A stretch of 25,904 bases of DNA, taken from Candidatus Thorarchaeota archaeon SMTZ1-45. Lineage in GTDB: Archaea > Asgardarchaeota > Thorarchaeia > Thorarchaeales > Thorarchaeaceae. A program made the position numbers and the translations under genes. Shown one piece after another: positions 1-7,679 of this stretch. The number at the start of each line of letters is the position of its first letter. Within the stretch, counting starts at the first letter, position 1. The stretch covers positions 1 to 25,904 of the forward strand of contig LRSL01000073.1 of NCBI GenBank assembly GCA_001563335.1, given 5' to 3'. The notes beneath the pieces are model-generated. The model saw nothing but the letters and a program-made list of their open reading frames with translations, ran no database searches and was not told where the DNA came from.

Positions 1-1298
1 TTGCCAGTTGCGTCAGTCCACATGAGAACAATGGGTCTAACAATAACAGTTCCCTCTTCTTTTGGTGTTAGTCTGACCTCCACACACTTGTTCTCTCCTG
101 GAGCAAGGTCAAAGCGTAATTGTTGTGGGTCGACCTCCATGTGGTCTTTGGGGAACCAATAGATTTTCCCTGATACACCACTGATTGGTTGGTCACTGAC
201 ATTGTAGACAGTCACCTTTCCTCTGAGTTCTGCGCCAGTCTTCGTTTCAGGACTCACCTCAAATGTTGGAATGATCTTGTAAAGACCCTCAAGGACCTTT
301 AAGGGGCCATCAGACACACCAACTTGGACCTCCTTTCGACCATCGCCTCCAGCATCACCAACATTGATGGCGAGAATCTTTTTCCCAATGTCAACTGACG
401 CCAACTCATTTAGGTCAGCCATGTGAAGACTATAGAAGTTAATCTTGAAATCGGAAGTAGCTACAACAATCTCGTCCTGATGGTCAGCGTTCAGTTCCTC
501 AATCCTAATAGATAACGCCTTTACATCTTCTAGTTTGGAGAATAGGTCTAGCTTACTCTCTTCGTTTCGATAGATGCGGACTGAACCATCATGGGTGACA
601 ACACCCAACTCCATCTTCCTGTCGCCAAGTACATCTCCTGCAGCAACCGAAATCACAGGACTTGGTAATTCGATGACCTCTATCTGGTCAACGGAGTGGT
701 TTCGGACTTTGAAGACCCTAAGAGTACGGTCTCTATTCCCTGTAACAATCTCCTCAATCTCATCTCCGATCACGTCGCACGTGCCAATGGCAATAGGCAT
801 GTCATCGAGCTTGTGGTTCACAAATTGGGTGATATTGTTTGCTGTGTCCATTTGGAGAATTCGCAATGTAGAATCGCTACCGCCGACGAGAATCTCATTC
901 TTCTCATCACCCGTAACGTCGGTGACATAGACAGTTGTCACAAAACGGTCAACTGGAAAATGAGCCAGAAGTTCGAGCTGACCACTAGGAGCATATCGAT
1001 AGACTTGGACTGTTCCGGCTTCCCCTGCTTTCTCCCCAGGTCCTATAGCACGACCTATGACAAGTTCCATTTGTCCATCGTTATTCGCATCTGCAATCTT
1101 GATGGAGAGAATGCTACCCCCAACATCATGTTGTGCAAGAAATGCAATTTCACTCTTATTAGCATCGTAGAGACGAAGGACTCCATCACGACCACCAGTG
1201 CACAGTTCAGCTGTACCATTACCAGTTACATCTCCAACTGCAATAGCGCTCGTACTCTCGTCATCTTCTATCTCGAACAGAACTTTCGGTGAACCCAA
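1..1298 (-). CDS. 7-bladed FG-GAP/VCBS-like beta-propeller followed by an Ig-like (GAE/CARDB-like) domain; runs off the window start
   Basis: Manual translation from TTG at 1298 (AGGAAGG just upstream) is open to position 1: MGSPKVLFEIEDDESTSAIAVGDVTGNGTAELCTGGRDGVLRLYD... It contains seven repeats of h-x-h-x-D-h-x-G-D-x-x-x-E-h-h-h-G-x-x-D-x-x-h-R-h-Y, then GKVTVYNVSDQPISGV...FDLAPGENKCVEVRLTPKEEG...W. No signal peptide is evident. Confidence 0.88.
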   Translation of the reverse strand, partial: MGSPKVLFEIEDDESTSAIAVGDVTGNGTAELCTGGRDGVLRLYDANKSEIAFLAQHDVGGSILSIKIADANNDGQMELVIGRAIGPGEKAGEAGTVQVYRYAPSGQLELLAHFPVDRFVTTVYVTDVTGDEKNEILVGGSDSTLRILQMDTANNITQFVNHKLDDMPIAIGTCDVIGDEIEEIVTGNRDRTLRVFKVRNHSVDQIEVIELPSPVISVAAGDVLGDRKMELGVVTHDGSVRIYRNEESKLDLFSKLEDVKALSIRIEELNADHQDEIVVATSDFKINFYSLHMADLNELASVDIGKKILAINVGDAGGDGRKEVQVGVSDGPLKVLEGLYKIIPTFEVSPETKTGAELRGKVTVYNVSDQPISGVSGKIYWFPKDHMEVDPQQLRFDLAPGENKCVEVRLTPKEEGTVIVRPIVLMWTDATG

Positions 1299-1482
1299 GT
1301 CAGCAACCTTCCTGTTGATAATGGCTTCTATGGTATTGACTATATTTTGATGTGCCTATTACAACTATTGAATGCATCAGGTGCCTTTTTTTACTTTGTT
1401 GGGTCAGCCTCTTATCATTCAATGGCTTGTCAAGAGCACAGCATTTAACAGATTAAGGGTTTTTGTTGTCTTGATTCAAAAA

Positions 1483-2280
1483 ATGCCCAAACTCTCAGTT
1501 CGAAATCTCTCAAAGTCTTATCCAAACGGGAATTCAGAAGAAGTCGAGGTGCTTGACAACATCTCATTTGATGTGCATGAGGGAGAATTGTTAGGCATTG
1601 TTGGACCCAGTGGTTGTGGGAAAACTACGTTATTGAAGATCATTGCAGGACTGCTAGAAGCTGACGAGGGACAAGTCTTCATAGATGATGAAGAGGTGCA
1701 TCCAGGACACAACCGGGTTGGGTACATCTTTCAGCAAGAGTCACTCTTCCCGTGGAGAACAGTCAGAAAGAACATTCAGTTTGGACTTGAGATTACTAGC
1801 GTTGATTCATCCAGAATGAATGAGCGAGTGAATGAAATCATAGAGATTGTGGGGATGGATGGACTTGAGGACAATTATCCCCACGAGATTTCAGGAGGGC
1901 AAGCAAGAAAGACAGAGATGGCTCGTAGTCTGGTTGTATCACCCGATATTCTTGTTGCAGATGAGGCATTGTCCAACCTCGATGCCCAGACCAGAAACTA
2001 TCTTCAGGAGGAGTTTCTACGAATCCAGAAGAGAACAGGATCAACAATTGTCTTTGTATCTCACAATGTTGATGAAGCAGTCTTTATGTCTGACAGGATA
2101 CTAGTTCTTAGTAATATCCCTTCAAGGATTATTTCAGAGTACGAGATTGATGTGCCAAAGCCAAGGATACGGACTTCACAAGAGTGCCTTGCATATCGAA
2201 GTAAAATCCTCGATGTCCTAAAAGTTGAGCAGGAGAAGGCTATGAGTCGTTCTAGACAGAAACAGTCTGTCGCCACCTGA
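1483..2280 (+). CDS. ABC transporter ATP-binding protein, nitrate/sulfonate/taurine family (SsuB/TauB-like)
   Basis: Walker A GPSGCGKTT, Q-loop FQQESLFPWRTV, signature ISGGQ, Walker B ILVADE, H-loop VSHNVDEA. Start set at ATG 1483 (MPKLSVRNL), where the domain begins. Confidence 0.93.
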   Translation: MPKLSVRNLSKSYPNGNSEEVEVLDNISFDVHEGELLGIVGPSGCGKTTLLKIIAGLLEADEGQVFIDDEEVHPGHNRVGYIFQQESLFPWRTVRKNIQFGLEITSVDSSRMNERVNEIIEIVGMDGLEDNYPHEISGGQARKTEMARSLVVSPDILVADEALSNLDAQTRNYLQEEFLRIQKRTGSTIVFVSHNVDEAVFMSDRILVLSNIPSRIISEYEIDVPKPRIRTSQECLAYRSKILDVLKVEQEKAMSRSRQKQSVAT

Positions 2281-3082
2281 GAAGATATCTTTCGACATAC
2301 AAAAATGCAAATGTTATCAAGAAGCCAATCAATCCAATGAGGAGCATGCCAATAATTACCTCTGCGGTCCTGCCGACTCCCCAATAAGTCCAAATCAAAT
2401 ATCCAAGACCATCATGGCCACGCAACATTTCAGCGGCAACTAGACACATCCAGCCTATGCCAAATCCTATTCTAAGACCTGCAAAAATCTCGGGGCTAGC
2501 TGAGGGAACGACTATTTTTCCAAGTATATCTCGTTCACCTGCTCCTAGTGTCTTCGCAACATCAATGTGAACGGGTTCTGTCCGCTTCACTCCAGTTGTT
2601 GTGTTGATTAAAATTGGGAAGAATGCACCCACCCAGATAATGAATGCTTGGGCTCCAATGATGTTACCCGGAAACATGAGTAGTGATAGCGGAATCCAGG
2701 CAATGGGGGGAATGGGTCGCATTGCTTCAACAACCGGTCCTAGAATTGAATAAACAGAACGATAGCGACCAATGATAATTCCCAATGGAATCCCAGTTAC
2801 TCCTGCAATAAGAAATCCCAAGGTAACTCTGTTTACACTTGCAATAATATGTTGGCTCAAGTAGACGCCTTCACTATCACCTTCAAATGTGAGTCTAAGT
2901 AGTGCATTCAAGACATCTAATAGGTTTATTCGAGTCAGACCTGCAATAAGTTGCCAGAGAGTCAAGACAATGACAAGAGGAATGACTATTTTCAGAACGA
3001 TCCATTGGAGAGTATCTTGTGTAACAGACGAGGGCTTTTTATCAGGAGGTGCATCAGTTTGATGCGATTTAGACACAGCCAT
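2252..3082 (-). CDS. ABC transporter permease, SsuC/TauC/NrtB family
   Basis: RPIPPIAWIPL, EAA-loop region VAKTLGAGERDILGKIVVPSASP, GWMCLVAAEM and multiple TM helices. Start is either ATG 3082 or TTG 3094. Confidence 0.92.
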   Translation of the reverse strand: MAVSKSHQTDAPPDKKPSSVTQDTLQWIVLKIVIPLVIVLTLWQLIAGLTRINLLDVLNALLRLTFEGDSEGVYLSQHIIASVNRVTLGFLIAGVTGIPLGIIIGRYRSVYSILGPVVEAMRPIPPIAWIPLSLLMFPGNIIGAQAFIIWVGAFFPILINTTTGVKRTEPVHIDVAKTLGAGERDILGKIVVPSASPEIFAGLRIGFGIGWMCLVAAEMLRGHDGLGYLIWTYWGVGRTAEVIIGMLLIGLIGFLITFAFLYVERYLLRWRQTVSV

Positions 3083-3130
3083 TCTTCTCAACACAGCGAG
3101 GATATGTCCTACTTTTCTGTCTGTCGCTTT

Positions 3131-4129
3131 TTAGCAACATAGGAGCAAGCTATCTGCAAAGGTTGTATTAAGAAAACCATCCAAAAACGCAGTTGTGTCT
3201 GTTGGAATCTTCTCAGTAATGAGCTGGCCCTCAGCAATTAGGAAATCTAGATACATCTCAATACCAGTTCTGTTCAAATTATAGTCGAAGATAATATTAT
3301 TGAAAGCTGTTGTCACTGGAGTTAGGTCCATTTCCAGCCAATCCACAGCAATCTGAATTGCTTTATCGGGATTGTTTACAATCCATGTTTCAGCTTCTGC
3401 ATGAATGTTAATGACTTTCTGGACAATATCAGGATGATTAATCATGAATATGTTATCCGTGGCAACGACGCAACAAGGATGACGAGGCCAGATTTCCCCC
3501 GAGAGAGCTAGGGGTACTGCTTTTCCTTCATACTGTGCTAATGCATTGAAGGGTTCCCAGACCACGAAAGCGGGAGTATTGGCTGAGAGGGAATCTGCCA
3601 TGAGTGCAGGTAATGTTTGAGCTGTGGTGATGTTAGCAATCGATAGACCTGATTGATTCAGAGCCAGACGAAGAAGAAAGTTCTGAACAGTTGCCGGACC
3701 CGGATGAAGGACTTCTTTGCCCACAAGATCAGTGATGGTTGTGACATGACCGGCGTCATATTCGGATTTCGATGCCATAATCGCTGAGCCCTCCATATTC
3801 ACAGCAGCTAATACTGTCACAAGGATATCTTGGTTGATACGTTTCACTAATGCAGGAGCAGCTCCTAGATACCCCATATCAATCTCACCTGCAAGAAAAC
3901 CATCCATTTCATAGGCGCCATTTGCATATTCAACCAAATTAACGACGATGCCCTCTCGTTCAAAATATCCGTTTTCAATTGCAACTCTGAGAGCTAGCTG
4001 GTGGAGATCTTTCGATAGGTAACCTATTCGGACATCAGGTTGAGGCGCGGGATTCCAGAGTACTACTAATGCAATAGACCCGATTAATATCGCAGCAACA
4101 ACAATGGCAACTGCTTGGTTTCGTTCCAA
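3131..4129 (-). CDS. ABC transporter substrate-binding protein, SsuA/NrtA/NMT1 family
   Basis: N-terminal TM anchor, VRIGYL, GEIDMGYLGAAPA, WEPF and HPCCVV; co-oriented directly upstream of the permease. Confidence 0.92.
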   Translation of the reverse strand: MERNQAVAIVVAAILIGSIALVVLWNPAPQPDVRIGYLSKDLHQLALRVAIENGYFEREGIVVNLVEYANGAYEMDGFLAGEIDMGYLGAAPALVKRINQDILVTVLAAVNMEGSAIMASKSEYDAGHVTTITDLVGKEVLHPGPATVQNFLLRLALNQSGLSIANITTAQTLPALMADSLSANTPAFVVWEPFNALAQYEGKAVPLALSGEIWPRHPCCVVATDNIFMINHPDIVQKVINIHAEAETWIVNNPDKAIQIAVDWLEMDLTPVTTAFNNIIFDYNLNRTGIEMYLDFLIAEGQLITEKIPTDTTAFLDGFLNTTFADSLLLCC

Positions 4130-4233
4130 TTTCAGCTAACCTCAGGATAACGCTATATGAAATGTATAAGAGGCTTGAGTTTTGGGACTCTGAATCCATC
4201 AAGTTGATTAGTTAGGGTTCACATTCTAAAGCT

Positions 4234-4608
4234 ATGTCACTTCGAGATCGCATTCCTGACCAGCTGAAGATAGGTAAAGAGGTCATTGCGATAACCATTG
4301 ATGATGACATTGCAGTGTATCCAACTAGTGATTACATCCTTCTTGAGATATCCCACAAGGCAGGTAAAGTCAATATTCTCAAGGTCGCAAATACACTCAG
4401 AGGATTAGTAAAAGACGATAACCTGATGGTTGCGGTGCGTGGCTTTGGTTTCAAAGGAATCGGTCTAGCCGTGAGAGTTGCTCACGAGTTAAAGGTAAGA
4501 GAAACCAATTTCAAATATGAGATGACATTCGATACATTTGATGCAACGGATCCTAAGACCGATCGACCCGTAACCAGCGTTCAAATTATTGTCATGCCAC
4601 CTGAATAA
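4234..4608 (+). CDS. Divergent Alba-superfamily DNA/RNA-binding protein
   Basis: VAVRGFGFKGIGLAVRVAHELK resembles Alba VxIKARGxAIxKAVDVAE. The C-terminal DRPVTSVQIIV resembles Alba RxVSxIEIxL. Confidence 0.62.
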   Translation: MSLRDRIPDQLKIGKEVIAITIDDDIAVYPTSDYILLEISHKAGKVNILKVANTLRGLVKDDNLMVAVRGFGFKGIGLAVRVAHELKVRETNFKYEMTFDTFDATDPKTDRPVTSVQIIVMPPE

Positions 4609-4629
4609 TGATCATGGAGAGTAGACTTT

Positions 4630-5226
4630 ATGGATGGTAGCAAAAAGAGTCCATTGAGTCTCAGAGTGAAATTATCAGTGATTCAATTTCCTGAAGTCTG
4701 CCCAGTCTGTTTAGAGGAACCAGAGGACCTAGTATTTATCACGATTATGGAACGCGCGTATGATGAGTATGCATCAAGCTCATGGAACAAGCAGCAAGAT
4801 AAGATGTCAGTTGCGCTTAAGGCTGCAGAAGGAGCAATAACATTTTCAGTTCCAACATGTATGAGGCATGGTAGCAAGAGTGTTCGTACCTTGAGAACAA
4901 AGCTAATTTCAGCTCTAGGATTCTTTGTCCTGTTTTATCCGATACTGTTCTTTCTGTTACAGATCAATGTCGCCCTAAATTACTCCCGCGATTTGCTACA
5001 ACCAATTTTAGGACTCGTGGCAACAACAGGACTCCTCATTGTCATCTTACTATATAGTCTAATTCCCAGAGCTTTAGAAAGAGCCATTCGTTTTCGTGAG
5101 GTCAGTCGTGTCAAAGACTCGGTGCTGTTGTCATTTTCCAATATGGAATATTATGCTCTCTTCTTGAATCTCAACGAGATGAATGCAGTGATTGTTAATG
5201 ATAAAAAGGATGGAACCAACGATTAG
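4630..5226 (+). CDS. Hypothetical membrane protein with a putative CxxC...CxxH zinc site and two TM helices
   Basis: FPEVCPVC and VPTCMRH motifs followed by two hydrophobic segments; GGAG upstream of the start. Confidence 0.75.
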   Translation: MDGSKKSPLSLRVKLSVIQFPEVCPVCLEEPEDLVFITIMERAYDEYASSSWNKQQDKMSVALKAAEGAITFSVPTCMRHGSKSVRTLRTKLISALGFFVLFYPILFFLLQINVALNYSRDLLQPILGLVATTGLLIVILLYSLIPRALERAIRFREVSRVKDSVLLSFSNMEYYALFLNLNEMNAVIVNDKKDGTND

Positions 5227-5277
5227 TACATTGGTAATCTTCAAGTGGTATAGATGTAACAATAAGATATCTTGTAG

Positions 5278-6504
5278 GTGGAATATGGATTGCGGTTGAA
5301 ACATGTTGTTGCTACATTACTAGTAGTGTCAACATTGTTGATAGCAACTGCAACTAGTCTATTGATTACCTCATATGACCCAAGTTCGAAGGTAATTATA
5401 ATCAACCCTGCTGGAAAAAGTGTCAGTGCACTAGCACAGATTAATGAACCAATTATTATCACTAGTAATCTAGATTTTGCTCTATTTGGAGCAACTGGAG
5501 TTGGGACTCGCTCGGAACCCTATAAATTCGAGAACCTTCAAGTCATAGAAAATGGTAGCTGCATTCAGATTCAGGACACAACTGCGTATTTTGTCATTTC
5601 TAACTGCAGCTTGGAGTCAAGTAATGATGATCCAGTGATTCTATTTCAAAATGTGGAAAATGGTCGAGTAGAAGAATGTGAAACTAAAGGTGGTTCAAGT
5701 GGTGTAGAATTGTATCAATCGGTGGACTGCACTGTTGAGGATAACATCTTGTATGACTGCTATAATGGAGTTTCGCTTCTTTCATCTGCCAACAATACAG
5801 TCCTAGGGAATAGGATTCATGGCAATCACAAGGGGATTTTCTTCGATCAGACAAATCATTGTCTCATAATCAGCAACTCAATCTACTCAAACTTCCGATA
5901 TGGAATTCAAATTCCATTTAACTCCCATAACAACACGATATATGGCAATAGAATCGGATGGAACGACATTTCTGGAATAGCCCTTGAAAACGCATTTGAC
6001 AGCGGCGAGGATAACGCCTTTGATGATGGAGTTAGTCTTGGTAACTTCTGGTCTGACTTCAATGAATCAGAAATCTATAGGATTCCAGGAAATGCGGCTT
6101 CTATAGACCAATTTGCTCAGCTTCTTGAGGATAGAGTGGCCCCTGGTGTGATCCCACTTGATGACGTGGCAATTGATGTTGAAGCAGTTGGTAGCATCTT
6201 GATTTGGTCAGTATATGATCAGTTTCCAGAGTATTATATTATTAGTGAGAATGATATGCAAGTGGTCATGGACTTATGGGAGAGCGATGTCATCTCATAC
6301 GAACTGGATCACCTTGATATAGGAACCTATACAATACTTCTCACCTTATATGATGCTCCGGGAAATGTCGCTTCAGACACAGTGATTGTTGAAGTCATAT
6401 CACGTATCCTTGGAGGTATAGGAACGGAGCTAGTTATGATTGCCTCAGGAATCACTGTTGCGAGTTTTGTAATTGTTGTTTACCTTATCAAGAGATTGTC
6501 TTAA
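5278..6504 (+). CDS. Membrane-anchored right-handed parallel beta-helix (NosD/CASH-like) surface protein with a C-terminal Ig-like domain
   Basis: Hydrophobic N-terminus, repeats of G-h-x-L-x-x-S-x-N-x-T-h-x-x-N-x-I, GNFWSD motif, Ig-like GTYTILLTLYDAPGNVASDTV and a C-terminal TM ending in KR. Confidence 0.88.
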   Translation: MEYGLRLKHVVATLLVVSTLLIATATSLLITSYDPSSKVIIINPAGKSVSALAQINEPIIITSNLDFALFGATGVGTRSEPYKFENLQVIENGSCIQIQDTTAYFVISNCSLESSNDDPVILFQNVENGRVEECETKGGSSGVELYQSVDCTVEDNILYDCYNGVSLLSSANNTVLGNRIHGNHKGIFFDQTNHCLIISNSIYSNFRYGIQIPFNSHNNTIYGNRIGWNDISGIALENAFDSGEDNAFDDGVSLGNFWSDFNESEIYRIPGNAASIDQFAQLLEDRVAPGVIPLDDVAIDVEAVGSILIWSVYDQFPEYYIISENDMQVVMDLWESDVISYELDHLDIGTYTILLTLYDAPGNVASDTVIVEVISRILGGIGTELVMIASGITVASFVIVVYLIKRLS

Positions 6505-6510
6505 CAGAGT

Positions 6511-6758
6511 ACGTTAATTGCCGATTATTGTTGCGCGGAAAGTAACCCTATTAATAGTCTCTACTATGTTAATGGGGTATTTCCGGTTCTGATTCGCGGT
6601 CGACCGAATAAATCTCGGATTTGCAGCGTTCTCCTCACGTACATAAAATCGCTGGAGTGGTGTCGACTTATGTGCTTGGCACATGCCCTCCAGCAATGAA
6701 AGCAAATTCCTTTTTTCATCTTTCAAGGGGCTATGCCACTAAATACATAAGCACCCCT
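6511..6758 (+). ncRNA. Putative structured RNA (ncRNA or UTR) between the surface-protein gene and the por operon
   Basis: Long hairpin at 6536-6585, extendable to about 6511-6629 with G.U pairs; GCTGGAG/CTCCAGC stem at 6651-6694 with an inner ATGTGC/GCACAT hairpin; AGGGG/CCCCT stem at 6726-6758. No known family recognised. Confidence 0.35.
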
Positions 6759-6804
6759 CAGCGAGCCACCCGTGTATCTTCTCCCAATGTAGGTGAGATT
6801 GAAA

Positions 6805-7380
6805 GTGTCTTACGATTTTGCAAAAGGCATAACTGAGTTTCGCTGGCATGGTCGTGGCGGCCAAGGTGTGGTCACCAGCAACCAAATGCTAGGCAAAGCA
6901 GCTCTCGCAGAAGGAAACTATATACAAGCTTTCCCCGAGTTTGGTCCAGAAAGGACTGGAGCCCCTGTGAGGGCATTCTTGAGAATTAGCAAAGCTCCCA
7001 TTCAGGTCTATGCCCAGGTATACAATCCTGATGTTGTGGTCTGCATAGATCCCACTCTTGTAGAGGTTGTTGATATTACCGAGGGTCTGAAGGAAAATGG
7101 TACTCTGGTCATTAACACAACTAACGAACCACAGACTATTAGAAACAAGTTTGGTTTCAAGGGCGGCAAAGTTGTCACAGTTGATGCCAGTACGATTGCA
7201 ATGGAAGTCATGGGTCGACCATTCTATAACATGCCAACCATGGCAGCAGCAGTCAAGGTCACTGGTGTTGTGTCGGTAGATACTGTGGTGAGTGAGGTCC
7301 TTGAGCGATACCCCGGTAAAGTTGGAGATTTGAACAAGGTCGCAATTGAGAGAGCAGTCAAGGAGGCAAAGGTCGGATGA
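6805..7380 (+). CDS. porC: Pyruvate/2-ketoisovalerate:ferredoxin oxidoreductase gamma subunit
   Basis: EFRWHGRGGQGVVT and QAFPEFGPERTGAPV motifs. GGTGA RBS at 6792-6796 favours GTG 6805 over 6793 as the start. Confidence 0.93.
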   Translation: MSYDFAKGITEFRWHGRGGQGVVTSNQMLGKAALAEGNYIQAFPEFGPERTGAPVRAFLRISKAPIQVYAQVYNPDVVVCIDPTLVEVVDITEGLKENGTLVINTTNEPQTIRNKFGFKGGKVVTVDASTIAMEVMGRPFYNMPTMAAAVKVTGVVSVDTVVSEVLERYPGKVGDLNKVAIERAVKEAKVG

Positions 7381-7673
7381 GTGAGAAATACGATGAGATT
7401 CCGATTGCTGGCAATATCATCGAAGCTGGCAATTCTGAGAAGTACAAGACTGGTGGTTGGCGAGCTGAGAAACCCATCCACAGCGATGAGAAGTGCCTCT
7501 GGATAAAGAATGGCACCTGTGGACGATGTTGGATATTCTGTCCTGACATGGCAGTTGTTCTGACCGAGATGGATGGAAAGTACTCCTATGCATACAACTA
7601 TGATTACTGCAAAGGTTGCGGGATATGCGCAAGAGAGTGCCCAACGGATTCGATTCATATGGAAATGGAGTGA
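7377..7673 (+). CDS. porD: Pyruvate/2-ketoacid:ferredoxin oxidoreductase delta subunit (2x[4Fe-4S])
   Basis: KTGGWR, C-x7-CGRCWIFCPD and YDYCKGCGICARECP; ATGA overlap with the gamma gene. Confidence 0.94.
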   Translation: MSEKYDEIPIAGNIIEAGNSEKYKTGGWRAEKPIHSDEKCLWIKNGTCGRCWIFCPDMAVVLTEMDGKYSYAYNYDYCKGCGICARECPTDSIHMEME

Positions 7674-7679
7674 GAGTAA

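Noticed and set aside
574-1292. Plus-strand ORFs 574..930 and 696..1292
   Set aside because: These are antisense shadows of the clearly repetitive minus-strand propeller gene and show no recognisable motifs.
1365-1425. 10-bp imperfect inverted repeat; the minus strand has AUGAUAA and CUGA, suggesting a C/D box RNA or SECIS
   Set aside because: The C box is degenerate, the spacing leaves no proper guide, there is no SECIS helix II, and no in-frame UGA gene lies nearby.
6505-6790. TPP or cobalamin riboswitch upstream of the TPP-dependent por operon
   Set aside because: The conserved TPP motifs (CUGAGA, CCUGAU...UAAU) and the cobalamin-box motifs were not found on either strand.
6514-6836. Short ORFs 6514..6726 (-) and 6621..6836 (+)
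   Set aside because: No RBS or protein-like features; the region is better explained as structured non-coding sequence.
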